Assembly (NCBI RefSeq): GCF_009914755.1
Contig: NC_060933.1
Length of the DNA stretch: 64,000 bases
Strand: one strand, 5' to 3'
DNA from: the human T2T-CHM13v2.0 reference genome, Homo sapiens
Every line of letters starts with the position of its first letter. The stretch's first letter is position 1. Under the pieces are notes generated by a model. That model was not told the DNA's origin. It saw only the letters and a program-made list of their open reading frames with translations, and ran no database searches. A program made the translations under genes and the position numbers. This document shows positions 50,461 through 64,000 of this stretch, piece by piece.

Positions 50461-50660
50461 GGTAACGCTGGGGTCCGTGACAGGGACAGGCGCTGGCGGC
50501 TGGGACTGGGCTAGGTTGGGTTGGGTTAGGAAAGGGCTGGGCTCCGGGAGCCGACGGCAGCGGAGGATTCTCCAGGCAGCGGCACCTCGTCCTCTCGACC
50601 CGGGCTCCAGCGGCGAACACCCGGGACAACTTCCAGAGAGGCCTCTCACACCCTCACTTC
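50461..50660 (-). other. ERP44: ERP44 5' UTR (exon 1; TSS approximate)
   Basis: GC-rich sequence between the ATG and the promoter motifs. The exact TSS cannot be determined from sequence. Confidence 0.6.
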
Positions 50661-50864
50661 CGGGTCCTGCCCACCTCGGTGCACTTCGGGAAATGTAGTC
50701 CTGCACTAGCCTCACCCCGCACGTCGTCCGTCATCTAGAACTTCCTTTCCCATTGGGCTCTCGGCCCCGGTCCACTGAGTCCTCTGCGCGCGGGGTCCTG
50801 TGGGATAGAAGGGCGGAGGGCGGGTGTACGCGGTGCTTCAGAGGATGGGAACTACAATTCCCAG

Positions 50865-51036
50865 AAGGATGTGCGGCCGAAAGCCTCGGGCGGCCTTTTG
50901 AGGGGCTCGGCTAGCTTCAGCGCCGTGGGGTCTGACCTGGCTGGATATAGTGTACCGGCCCGGCAGGAGGGGCGGCCCGGTCCGGGTTGCGCCTCCTGGA
51001 GCCGCCCCCGGGACGTCAGTCCTGGAGGAGGCGAGG
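50865..51036 (+). other. INVS: INVS non-coding exon 1 (start approximate)
   Basis: Strong donor GAGG|GTGAGT at 51037 within the CpG island, upstream of the ATG-bearing exon. Confidence 0.75.
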
Positions 51037-52188
51037 GTGAGTAGGAGGGGGCCTGGCTGGGGAGGCTCAGATCATTCGGTCCGCACCGCCTTGGCCCCTG
51101 CTGCAGACTCACGGCCTTCCTGGCCTAGGCTGTGGCCTGAGCCTCCATCATTGGCCTCCTCGCCCGCTGCCTCTTCTTTCTGCTCTAATTCCTGCATTAT
51201 AAAGTCAGAGCCACCACTCGGGGCCTCAGTTGAATGAGTCAATGACTTATCCCTGATTGTCTCTGAGGGCTCCTGTAAGGAGTAGATGTGGTACGGGATG
51301 GGATAGCACGTCGTAAACTGGAAAACTGTGTGAGTGATTGCTGCTAAGGCGTGGATCGCTCCTCCAGTATAATTACGAAATTCCCTAGCAAAGCAGTCGA
51401 GGATCCTAACTTGGCCCCAGGTAGCTCTGCGGCTTCTTCTGCAAACACTCAGTGAGGTCCAGGAGCCCACGCGATCTCTGCTTAGTACCCAGGAGGCACA
51501 CTGTGCTTTTGTGGTTCTCCCTGCTCCCGCCTTTGCTTCAGCTTTCCTGCTGCCTGGAATGGCCTTACCCGTTCTCTCTCTGGAATGCTATCTTAAATGT
51601 CACCATCTCTGAGAACTTCCCGAACAACCAACCCTTTAGTCCTAATCAGAATTACTCTTCCTATGAGTGTGACTGCAGTACCTCTAGTTTTGTACGGTTA
51701 TAATTATTAGAGCATTTATTACACGGGCTTGTTGTATAATTAGGCAAGGATGATGACACCTTTGCATTTTATAGCACTTTATCAAAGTGGTTTTGACTTT
51801 TTTCTATAAAAAATGATTTATTTTCTTAAAGGGGCAAAAAATACATTTTTTCTTAAGAAAAAAAAAGAGCCCTGCATAATGGCTTTCTCAGGGTGACAAA
51901 ATTAGACAGTGATAGAGCCAATACTCTTACCAAGGCGGCCTAACTCCTAGACTAGTGCTCCTATCTCTTGTCCACGCCCCTGACAGAGCCCAAAGATAGT
52001 TGAAATGGGAAATTTTAAAAGAGCAGAGACTTGTAAGTATGAACTCATTATTCAAGAAATTAAACTTTGATCCTGCTCACTTTTTGGACTTAGCACTCAG
52101 CCTGTGACCTTTCATCCAACAAACATCTACTGAGTACTGGCTATATACCTGTTACTGTGCTAAGTGCTAAGAATTATGAAGTAAAAAG

Positions 52189-52862
52189 TATATATATATA
52201 ATATATATAATATATGTACATATAATATATATAATATATGTATATATAATATATATATTATATATGTATATATAATATATATTATATATGTACATATAAT
52301 ATATATATTATATGTACATATAATATATATATTATATGTACATATATAATATATATATTATATATACATATAATATATATAATATATGTATATATAATAT
52401 ATATATTATATATGTATATATAATATATATATTATATATGTACATATAATATATATATTATATGTACATATAATATATATATTATATATACATATATAAT
52501 ATATATATTATATGTACATATAATATATATAATATATGTATATATAATATATATTATATATATAATATATATATATAATATATATATAATATATGTATAT
52601 ATAATATATATATAATATATGTATATATAATATATATATTATATATGTATATATAATATATATTATATATGTATATATATTATATGTATATATATAATAT
52701 ATATAATATATATACATATATATTATATATATAATATATATTATATATATAATATATATGTATATATAATATATATATTATATGTATATATATTATATAT
52801 ATTATATATGTGTATATATAATTTATATATGTATAATATATACACACACACACATATATATA
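52189..52862. repeat. ~670-bp AT-rich palindromic minisatellite
   Basis: Units of 26-28 bp such as TATATGTACATATAATATATATATTA; nearly all A/T. Confidence 0.95.
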
Positions 52863-53854
52863 AAACAGAGATCACATTTTTAGTGTATTTTTCAAAGGGT
52901 ATAAAGAACTTTTTTTGTGGTTCTGATGTGCCTAAAACTCTGATCACTTAGAATGAAAAATGACAGGTCTTAGAGTTTAGAACAGTGCCTAGCACATAGT
53001 TGTCACTCAGCTTGTTGAATGAACGAATGTGAACATGGTCTAACCTTATTATTTTTTGCATTTTACAGAAACCTAGAAAGCTGACATAGCCTGAGGACAC
53101 ACTGCTGATTATAAATACAACTGGGCCTAGAACCCAAGTGCAGTTACTCCCCTCCCATGTTTTCACCTCCACCTCTATTTTGTAGCTTCTCTCAAATAAC
53201 CTTAATATAATCCTGGATATGACAGTAGTTCTTCTGACATGACTGTTAGACTCAGACATGACTGAAGTGTCTCACAACACCCTCTTCCTCCATATTTTCT
53301 GCCAGTCCTTAACTCAAATTGTCAGCAAAATAAAGACGTAAGGAGCTGTGCTTTACCATAATTAAGAAAGTATTAATATGTTCTCTCAAGGGCAGAATTT
53401 GAACCAATAATCCTTGTCGATGACAAGACAAATACCAGCTCATCCGTTATAAATTTATCTTAGAAAACTCTCAGATCCCCAGGAGTAACAGCGATTGGCG
53501 TGACCTGCTTTTTGGTGAAATCAGAAAAGGACTTGCCTACCCTCATGGCAGCAATTAACTGGAGCTGATTAACAGCTGCTCCCTTTAGATAAGTACATAT
53601 GCTTGAGTTTACCGTGATTCTGTGACTCCCTACGTTTCTAACAGTTGTTACCTCTCTGGTCCTTGTAGGCATTCAGCTTTGGAACTTTGATAAAGCAGCT
53701 TAAGGGTTTAGGAAGGATGTTTAAGATCACTGATGCAACTATTCATCTTTCCTTCCCATCAGGTGTTTGAATTGTTGCTGCATTTCTCCAGCCTCTGCTT
53801 TCTTAAACACTCTTGTGATAGGGATCTCACTATCTTCCTATGCGGCTGATACTT

Positions 53855-56133
<2,279 letters not shown>

Positions 56134-56290
56134 AGGACTATAGATTTTTCTAATCCTAGTCAAGTATTTCTAGTAAGCCATATTTATAAAATACCCACTT
56201 GGAACTGATGAGACAGGTTTCAGAAATGTTTGCTGCATGCGCTCATTGTCTGAATCATTGTTTCAGGTTGCTCCGGTTGCTAAGAAGACT

Positions 56291-56396
56291 ATGAACAAGT
56301 CAGAGAACCTGCTGTTTGCTGGTTCATCATTAGCATCACAAGTCCATGCTGCTGCCGTTAATGGAGATAAGGGTGCTCTACAGAGGCTCATCGTAG
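56291..56396 (+). CDS. INVS: INVS (inversin/NPHP2) first coding exon; exon begins at 56267
   Basis: tgtttcag acceptor at 56266, ATG at 56291, donor G|GTAAGC. Peptide MNKSENLLFAGSSLASQVHAAAVNGDKGALQRLIV-G is recognised as the inversin N-terminus, with an ankyrin-like VHAAAVNG. Confidence 0.95.
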
Positions 56397-58254
56397 GTAA
56401 GCAGTCCCCTTAAGTACAGAAACTTTAAAAGCAACTGTTTGTCCTGAGGAAGTTTGTTAATGTTAGTTTTAATTTGCAATGTACTCATACATTTTAATGG
56501 AAATATGTTATTATTTATATTTTCTTCCAACACATGAACAAGAAAGGAATTAAGTCCTAAAACTTAAAAATATGGGTTAGGATTAGGTGAAAAGTACTTG
56601 AGAAATTTCTATGTATTTAGCACTAAGTCTAGATAGATATTCTAAGGTACTAAGGGAATGAATTCATCTTTATGTTAACAGATCTCGAATGAAACAGTGG
56701 ATAATCTTTTAACATTTAATATATACCCAAAGTATTAAAGTTTACAAATGATTTAATTTTTAATGATTTAAAATTGATTCAATGTTCCCCCTGTGATTTG
56801 CATATATAAGTGATATATAGAGAGGTCCAATGCAGGAGTTCTAGAGGAGAGAATAAAGAGAACAAAGAATAGCTAAGAATTTTCTAGAACCTTAGCTTCC
56901 TGCTAAAGCAGAGCAAAGATCCATCTTTCTATCACAAATCCAGATATTCACAAGTTGCAAATCCCAAAGAGAAAAAAATAAAAATATATTATTTGTAGTC
57001 TTTATTCACACCAGTGTCTGATGACATCATGATTGACAACTTGGGCTACAAAATAAAGTCCAAATTACTTGAACTTTCATACCTGTTCCTTCCGACTTTG
57101 TTTTTACCCTACATTTGCAGTTTCTCCAGGAACTTCTACTGGTGTACCGTAACCTCTGGCTAAGCTAGAGGTTACTTCTATTTCCCAATAAGCCATGAAT
57201 TTTGTCTCACTTTCTCCATATGTTCTGTTTCCCCACCTTTTTTCTATCTGCTACTCTGTTAACCTTCTTCTGTGCTAAACAAACTCCTACTTATCTTTAA
57301 AGACAAAACTATTGTATCTCACACTCTGTGAAGATTTCTCTTCCTCTGCTTATCCTTACTTTACCTCAGCTATCTACATTCACTGGAACTTGACATTTTC
57401 CACCACCTCCAAATCACTCAAACATTCTACCATTCAACTAAAACTCTTACTTTCAGCTCACTTACTGATGACAAACAATAGTTTTCCATGCTCACTGAGA
57501 CCTCCAATCCACTAGCTTCTCTAGTTTTGACCATCAGTTTTCCTTCTGTCTTTTCCTTCCTCACTACTCAGCCTTGATTCTATGTCTGTTATTAAAATCC
57601 TTCTCTTGGAAAAATTCCCTTTTTTTTTTTTTTTTTTTTTTTTTGCCTTCTGTTGCACTTGACTGTTGCATTCTCAACTCTGGATGTACCAAACCTATCT
57701 TGCTAAGCAGTTGAATCCAGCTGAAAGATTGATAGCACCCCAAATTCATGATTACCCACTTCAAATAGGCACTCAGTACTTACTACTCATCATACCACAT
57801 TTTTTCTGTAATGAATGTTTCATACCTCTCACTCTACTGAATCCTGTGACTGCCAGTTCCCCCTCCTTTCATTCTCTTTAATGCAGTAGGCTTACTAGAG
57901 GAAATGAAGACATTAAGTAGGAACTCCCTCATCTTTCAGTATGGTATCTACAAATCTACCTCGATCTGTACCCATCTTCTCTCTTCATCTTCCTGCTAAA
58001 ACAGAGCAAAGATCCATCTTTCTGTTAAAGGCCAGTTCTTCCACACATGCTCTGTGTTCCATCCCCTCCTGTCTTCTCAGGGACATTGCTTCTTTTTTTC
58101 CCCCTCTGATTACTATATCTTCAACCTTTCTTCTATGCTAAATTCTTTCCATCAACACTTAAACATGCTTCATTGTTTCCATTATTTAAAAATCCCATCT
58201 CTGTTTCTTCATCTCCCTTTAGGTATTGCCATTTTCAACTTTCCCTCACGACTG

Positions 58255-58765
58255 CGTTAGCGCACAGGCTAAACTGCTACAACCATGACTTGAATAAGAT
58301 AGAAGTATATTTCATTCTCATAATATTGCAATCCCAACTCTAGATGGACCAAACCTATCTTCCTGGCAACTACTAAGCAGTTGAACCCAGCTGTGTAATA
58401 GTACACAGTTATGTGGGCAGTCTAGGTTAGATAGATATCTCCATTTCACAAAACCATTTAGGTATACTGCCAGGCCTTGGTTCTTCCATTCTCAACATGA
58501 TGCTTCTATTTCTGGGTCAAAGGCAGATACGTTCATTATAGTCATAGCCCAGTCAGCAGGAAGGAGGAAGAGAGAGCACAGGGAAAGCAATTTGTCAGTA
58601 AGGAGGTAGACTAGACTTAGACCACAAAGCCACACCTAGAACAAAAGAAGCTGAAAAAAAAAGTCTTGCCCTGGATGGTATCATGCCCAGCTAAAACTCA
58701 CGGTGCTCAATTGTTGAAAAGAAGAATGAAAGAATGAATGGGGGGCAAATATTGCTGTCTGTCAC
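58255..58765. mobile_element. Old MaLR LTR (MLT1-like)
   Basis: gacttgaataagatagaagtatatttcattctca and ggccacacctag..aaagaagctg-like motifs; heavily diverged. Confidence 0.5.
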
Positions 58766-61431
58766 CAAAACCAAGATTCTTGGGCCAGCTGTACCCATTG
58801 TCCACACTTATTTACCTTAATTCACTCTTTTATTAAAACAAAATATACTTTCTTATTTTGAAGTATACATATAGAGAAGTGCATACAACTTATATGTACA
58901 ATTTAACAAATAAACATAAAGCAAACATCCACTTAAACCACCTAGGTTAAGGAGCAGCACATTGTCAGTAACCCCAGAAGCCCCTAATGCATCCTTCTCT
59001 CCCCACTAGAGGAATAGGCTATCTTGACTTTTATAATAATCATTACATTGTGGTTTTACCACCTACATATACATCCTTAAACACTTTAGTTAATTTTGCC
59101 ATTTTTGACTTTTTGCTAAATGTTCCATGTTCACTTGAACTAAAAAATGTATGTATATTACATTTTTGTCATTTTCCTGCTCAAAATTCTTTCATTATTC
59201 CCATTATACTTGGAATAAAATTTGACAGGTTACTTGTATCTCTTTACCTGTCCATCCTCACGTTTTACCTCACGTGGTAAAACTTGCCTTCTTTCAGTGT
59301 CTCACACCTGCCAAGCCCTTTTTCATCTCAGGGCTTTTGCCTGAAACGCTGTTCTCCCTATTCTCTGTCTGAATAACTCTTAGTCATCCTTGAGATTTCA
59401 ATTTTAAGGTCACTTCTTCAAAGAGGCCTGCTAACCATCCAGTCTCAATGAAATCTGTTCATTGTATTCCCTCTTGGCCCTCTGTAGTTTTTCTTCATAG
59501 AACTTGTTTCAGATTATCACTGTATATTTATGTGTATGAATATTTTAACATCTCTCTCCTCCATAAGCTAGTGGCCTTCATGAAAGTAGTCTGGGTCTGT
59601 TTAATTCATCACTAAATCCACAAAATCCAGCACAGTACTTGGCACATAAGAAATATATTTGTTGAAGGAATGAATAAATATTTTAATCATTCTTTAAGTA
59701 TCTTTTCTCCCAAGTAGTCTATAATCATCTTGAGGGCCAGGACTAAAAATGAATTGAGTTGAATTAAATTGAATTGAGGAGCAGATTGGGACTAAATTCC
59801 ATGAGAAAAAAAAATTTTAAGTCAGGACGTATGAAGAAAAAGTACCAAGTAAAATGAATTCATTAATGCTTTAATTAAAAATATAACCTTCAAAGAAAAA
59901 AGTGCAGTATGTTATAAATTAAAAACACTTATATTTTTATGGCTCAGTCATACAGATTAATTAATGTGTTATTATTAAAACCTGAAACCTTGAAAATCCC
60001 CAAAGAGAAAATCCTTAAAAACCAAAAAGCAATCATGATGTGAAGCCAGTAGGTAGCTAATAAACTTATTTATAAATTGTTTTTCTGTTTTCTATCATCT
60101 TGTCTGAGGAACTTCTTATTAATTACTGACTGAGGGTGCCACTCCTCATCTTTTAAGAATTGTGCCATTATGTTTTCTGTGTACCTTTGCTCTAGAGTAT
60201 TTTCCAGCATTTGTATATTTGTGCAAAAATAATAACTGTTTCATCTTAAATTTCAATGTAATTTTTTTTCTATGCATATGAATGCCAGGTGGTAATTTCA
60301 ATGTATTTTAAACATCTTTTTATGTATCACATATTTGATGATCTCTAAATATATGCTATTTCTCTTTTCTAAACTAGTGACATAGTACTACAGATGAATT
60401 TTTTTTCTTGAATCCTTGTTCACCAACTGCTCAGTGAATTCATTCACTTTAGCATTTTCTGTTTTCCCCTCTCTGTTTCCATGGAGAAGTATGTCAGTGA
60501 TGTGTTTGACTCCATGGAAACAGATGAGTGTCTCTTTCTACATACACAACGAATTAAATCGAACACTTTCTGTGCTGCCCATTGTCCTGGAGGAGGACTG
60601 GAGAGGCCTTCTCTGAATGAAACATCATTTCAGTAGCAATTCTTAGTGTTTAACCTAATACAGTGGATTAATGTTTTACCATAACTTACTGCTTCTAGAT
60701 TCAGATGTATTAGGGCTTACTTCTGAGCCTTAAAATATAAACATACATAGTAAAATCTGAATATGCTATGGTTCTCATTTATAGATATTTAGCTTTTTCT
60801 CTTAACACCAAACTCAAATAATTTGAATGAATACTAGAAATGTAATTGAGAACAGAATTTAGTAGATTCATTTTAATACTATACAGTGTAGTATTGGTAG
60901 AAAAAAGTATAGATTTTAGAGTCAGATAAACCTGAGTTTTAAGTTCTAACTGTTATTTATTAGTAGTAATATCTTGGCTAAGCCATTTAATTTTTAAGCC
61001 TCAGTTTCCTCATCCGTAAACTATAGATTATAATATTTCACTTGTGTGAGAGTTAAATGAAATAATGACAGTAAAATATCTAGCATGGTACTTGACACAT
61101 AGTAGACAATAAGTTAATATCCTATTACTGTTATTGTTATGTCAGCTTAGACTAAAATAATCAAGTTTTTCATAGCTTCAGATGTCTCAATATGAAAGAG
61201 CACTAAATGCAACAAAGATTAATATTGTGGGTTTTTTGTGAAAACTAAACAAAATAATTTGTAAATATGCATGGTGTGTAATGATCAATGTTGTCATTAC
61301 TGCCAATAATATTTGAGGTCGCTTGCAGTGGTATCGTGACCAGGAAGCACCATTCTGATTCTACTACAACTTTTGTTTCACTGTCCATGTTCTGAGCAGC
61401 ATAATCTCTCTAAATCATTTCCTCTACTTGT

Positions 61432-61735
<304 letters not shown>

Positions 61736-63749
61736 TCTACTTGTTTTTAACATCTTCTGACACAGTATTTAGATACGGAAGTGAGCCTCATAAATGACAG
61801 AGTAGAGGTACTATTTCAGGTTACTTCTTCCCTTACCTCAATCCCTACCTTAAAAGCTAGAGTCATTAAATGTTTTTAAAATGCTTGCCTACATGCAAAT
61901 GTGTTTATAAATATACTTAAATGTTTATGCATCCATCCTAACAATAGTAATAAAATTAGCTAACATTTATAAAGTTATGTTTTATGTGCCAGCCACTGTA
62001 TTGTTTGGCAACTCATTAACTTAACAGTGAAATAATATGAAGAGTTTGGGGTATTAGTATTACCCTCATTTTTAAATAAGGAAATTGAGATGCAGAGAGG
62101 TTAAGTAACTTGTCTAAGAAGTATCAGAACTGAGATTAAAGCCAAGAAGTCTGATTCCAGAGTCCATTCTTTTAACTGCTAAAGTATGGGACCTCAATGT
62201 ATGGGTAGATATTTTTGTACACACGTGCACTTTCATATGTATAAATAAATAGGAATGAGAAAGATAAGAAAGAAAGAACCGATTAGGTGTGAACCTTGCA
62301 TGATGAAATGAATGATTATCTAGATGGGATTTTTCTTAACATTTTTGTGCTATGGGCCCTTCTGGCAATCTGGTAAGCTTCTGGACTCCTCAGAACAAAA
62401 ATATATGTATATTTTTAAGAGCTGAAATGCAATATAGAGGATTACAAAGGAAACCAGTTATATTGAAATATCAAATATTTTTAAGTTGAGACATAACAAT
62501 ATTCTGCCATAATTTTTTATGAATGTATTAAATAGCAAGGTGTTGGGGCAAGTCTTACAGCTATGATAATTTTGAAATAGCAGTGAGTGAAAATGATATT
62601 TTAACATACCTGCACAAATTATAAGTTATAGAAATATTTTATAAAATCTCAAGTCCTCTCAAAATACAGTATGTCTCATGTTATTATTATTCTCATTTTG
62701 CATGTTAGGACACTGAGACTCAGAAGTTGAGAAATTTAGTTGCACAGTTAATAACTGGCAAAGTTGAGCCTCAAACCAAATTATCTGATGATGAATCCTA
62801 TGTTCTTTCCATTGTTCCCATGTTGTCACTCTATAACAATAAGCAGAGATTTTTTAATGACAGCAAAATGCCTTCCCAAGATTGTAACAGTATAAAATAT
62901 GTAAAGTAAGAAGTGGGTGAAATCAGATGAAATAAATACATCTTGGATGCCATGCAAATATAACATTTTAGAACAAGCAAATAAGATACAAATAGAGACT
63001 ACTCTTGTTACTTGTATTGGGCATTGTGTTGCTGTAGCTATTGTGCGGACTAGCACAACTATAACTGCAAGTGACAGTCATTTCCTCTAACTGCTAGAGT
63101 TGGCGCTCTGGTTTCTGCACATACCAGCCCATTAACCATATGTACTCTTATGCTTCCACAAGCCTTAAAATAACTGAATGCGGTAGAGCAGTGGCTTTCC
63201 AGTCATGCTTCCAGCTCAGCTTTCTGGACTGTGTTGAGACAGAGCACAGGCAGAATGCCAGCCACGTTGAGCAAGCACCAATTGGTCATGGATTAGAGGC
63301 CATCTCCACAGTTGCCAGAATAATTAGCACAACACAGCACAGTAGCCAGCTGCTTTCTATATTAACTGTTCCTGACAGGAATGCAAATTTAAATGCACTG
63401 CCATCCAGTGAATATTAGTTTACATCATAAGCTCTACGTTTGTACAACATGTTACAATTACCAAATATTTCCAAACAATACATTGTTTTATTGGATCATC
63501 AAACAAGTTGCGGTGTAGATTGGACAAGTATTAGCTGAATGTTATAAGTGAGGAAACTAAGGAAGAGAGTAGGGTGGATAGATAAAGGCACAGACCTCGC
63601 TCAGTTACTGGCCAGGAAGCCCAGAACCTAATGGTACCCTCATTATTCAGAAACTAGCCATGAAGCCACTGTCCCCCTAGAGCTACTCAAGACAGGACCT
63701 AAGTGAGGTTGAATGCTGCTTTTTCTAATCATTTAGGGGATATATACTT

Positions 63750-64000
63750 TCTTTCTTTCTTTCTTTCTTTTTTTGAGACAGAGTCTCACTCTGTCACCCA
63801 GGCTGGAGTGCAGTGGTGCAATCTCTGCCTTCCGGGTTCAAGTGATTCTCCTGCTTCAGCCTCCCGAGTACCTGGGACCACAGGTACATGCCACCATGCT
63901 CAGCTAATTTTTGTATTTTTAGTAGAGACAGGGTTTTGCTATGTTGGCCAGACTGGTCTCGAACTCCTGACCTCAGGTGATCCACCCGCCTCAGCCTCCC
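63750..64000 (-). mobile_element. AluS running off the window end
   Basis: Reverse Alu with (CTTT)n tail. Confidence 0.88.

Larger units (their letters stand above)
50080..51130. promoter_or_regulatory. CpG island / bidirectional promoter shared by ERP44 and INVS
   Basis: High GC and CpG density against an AT-rich background. Contains ETS ACTTCCGG (50656-50663), ACTACAnnTCCC motifs (50688-50699 on -, 50851-50862 on +) and GC boxes (50811-50824). The first exons diverge from it. Confidence 0.93.

Noticed and set aside
49772-51470. Long ORFs across the CpG island
   Set aside because: These are expected from stop-codon depletion in GC-rich DNA. Only the ERP44 exon 1 part is supported as coding.
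52508-52947. Tyr/Ile-rich ORFs (also 13112..13312)
   Set aside because: They are artefacts of AT minisatellites.

Overview
This is primate DNA, almost certainly human, containing the head-to-head ERP44 / INVS locus. On the minus strand are ERP44 coding exons 1-4, with a ~38.6 kb intron 1; they splice into MHPAVFLSLPDLRCSLLLL-VTWVFTP...NFYADWCRFSQMLHP...VDCDQH. On the plus strand are INVS non-coding exon 1 and first coding exon 2 (MNKSENLLFAGSSLASQVHAAAVNGDKGALQRLIV). The two genes share a CpG-island bidirectional promoter at ~50.6-50.9 kb. The rest is intronic and repeat-rich: about 25 Alus, old L1/L2/MIR fragments, Tigger and hAT MITEs, a MER31 LTR, a 5'-truncated HERV-L with an MLT2A LTR, a full-length SVA, a 7SL pseudogene and a ~670 bp palindromic AT minisatellite. 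The most unusual structure is the SVA, which sits inside two nested target-site duplications. This suggests it was retrotransposed together with 5' and 3' flanks from a donor locus. Other candidates are two short templated insertions copied from one L2 fragment, and an MLT2A LTR with a splice donor pointing toward INVS. I see no evidence for a new protein-coding system: most long ORFs in the track are repeat artefacts. Gene and repeat names come from recognising the sequence, not from database searches, and repeat boundaries are approximate.
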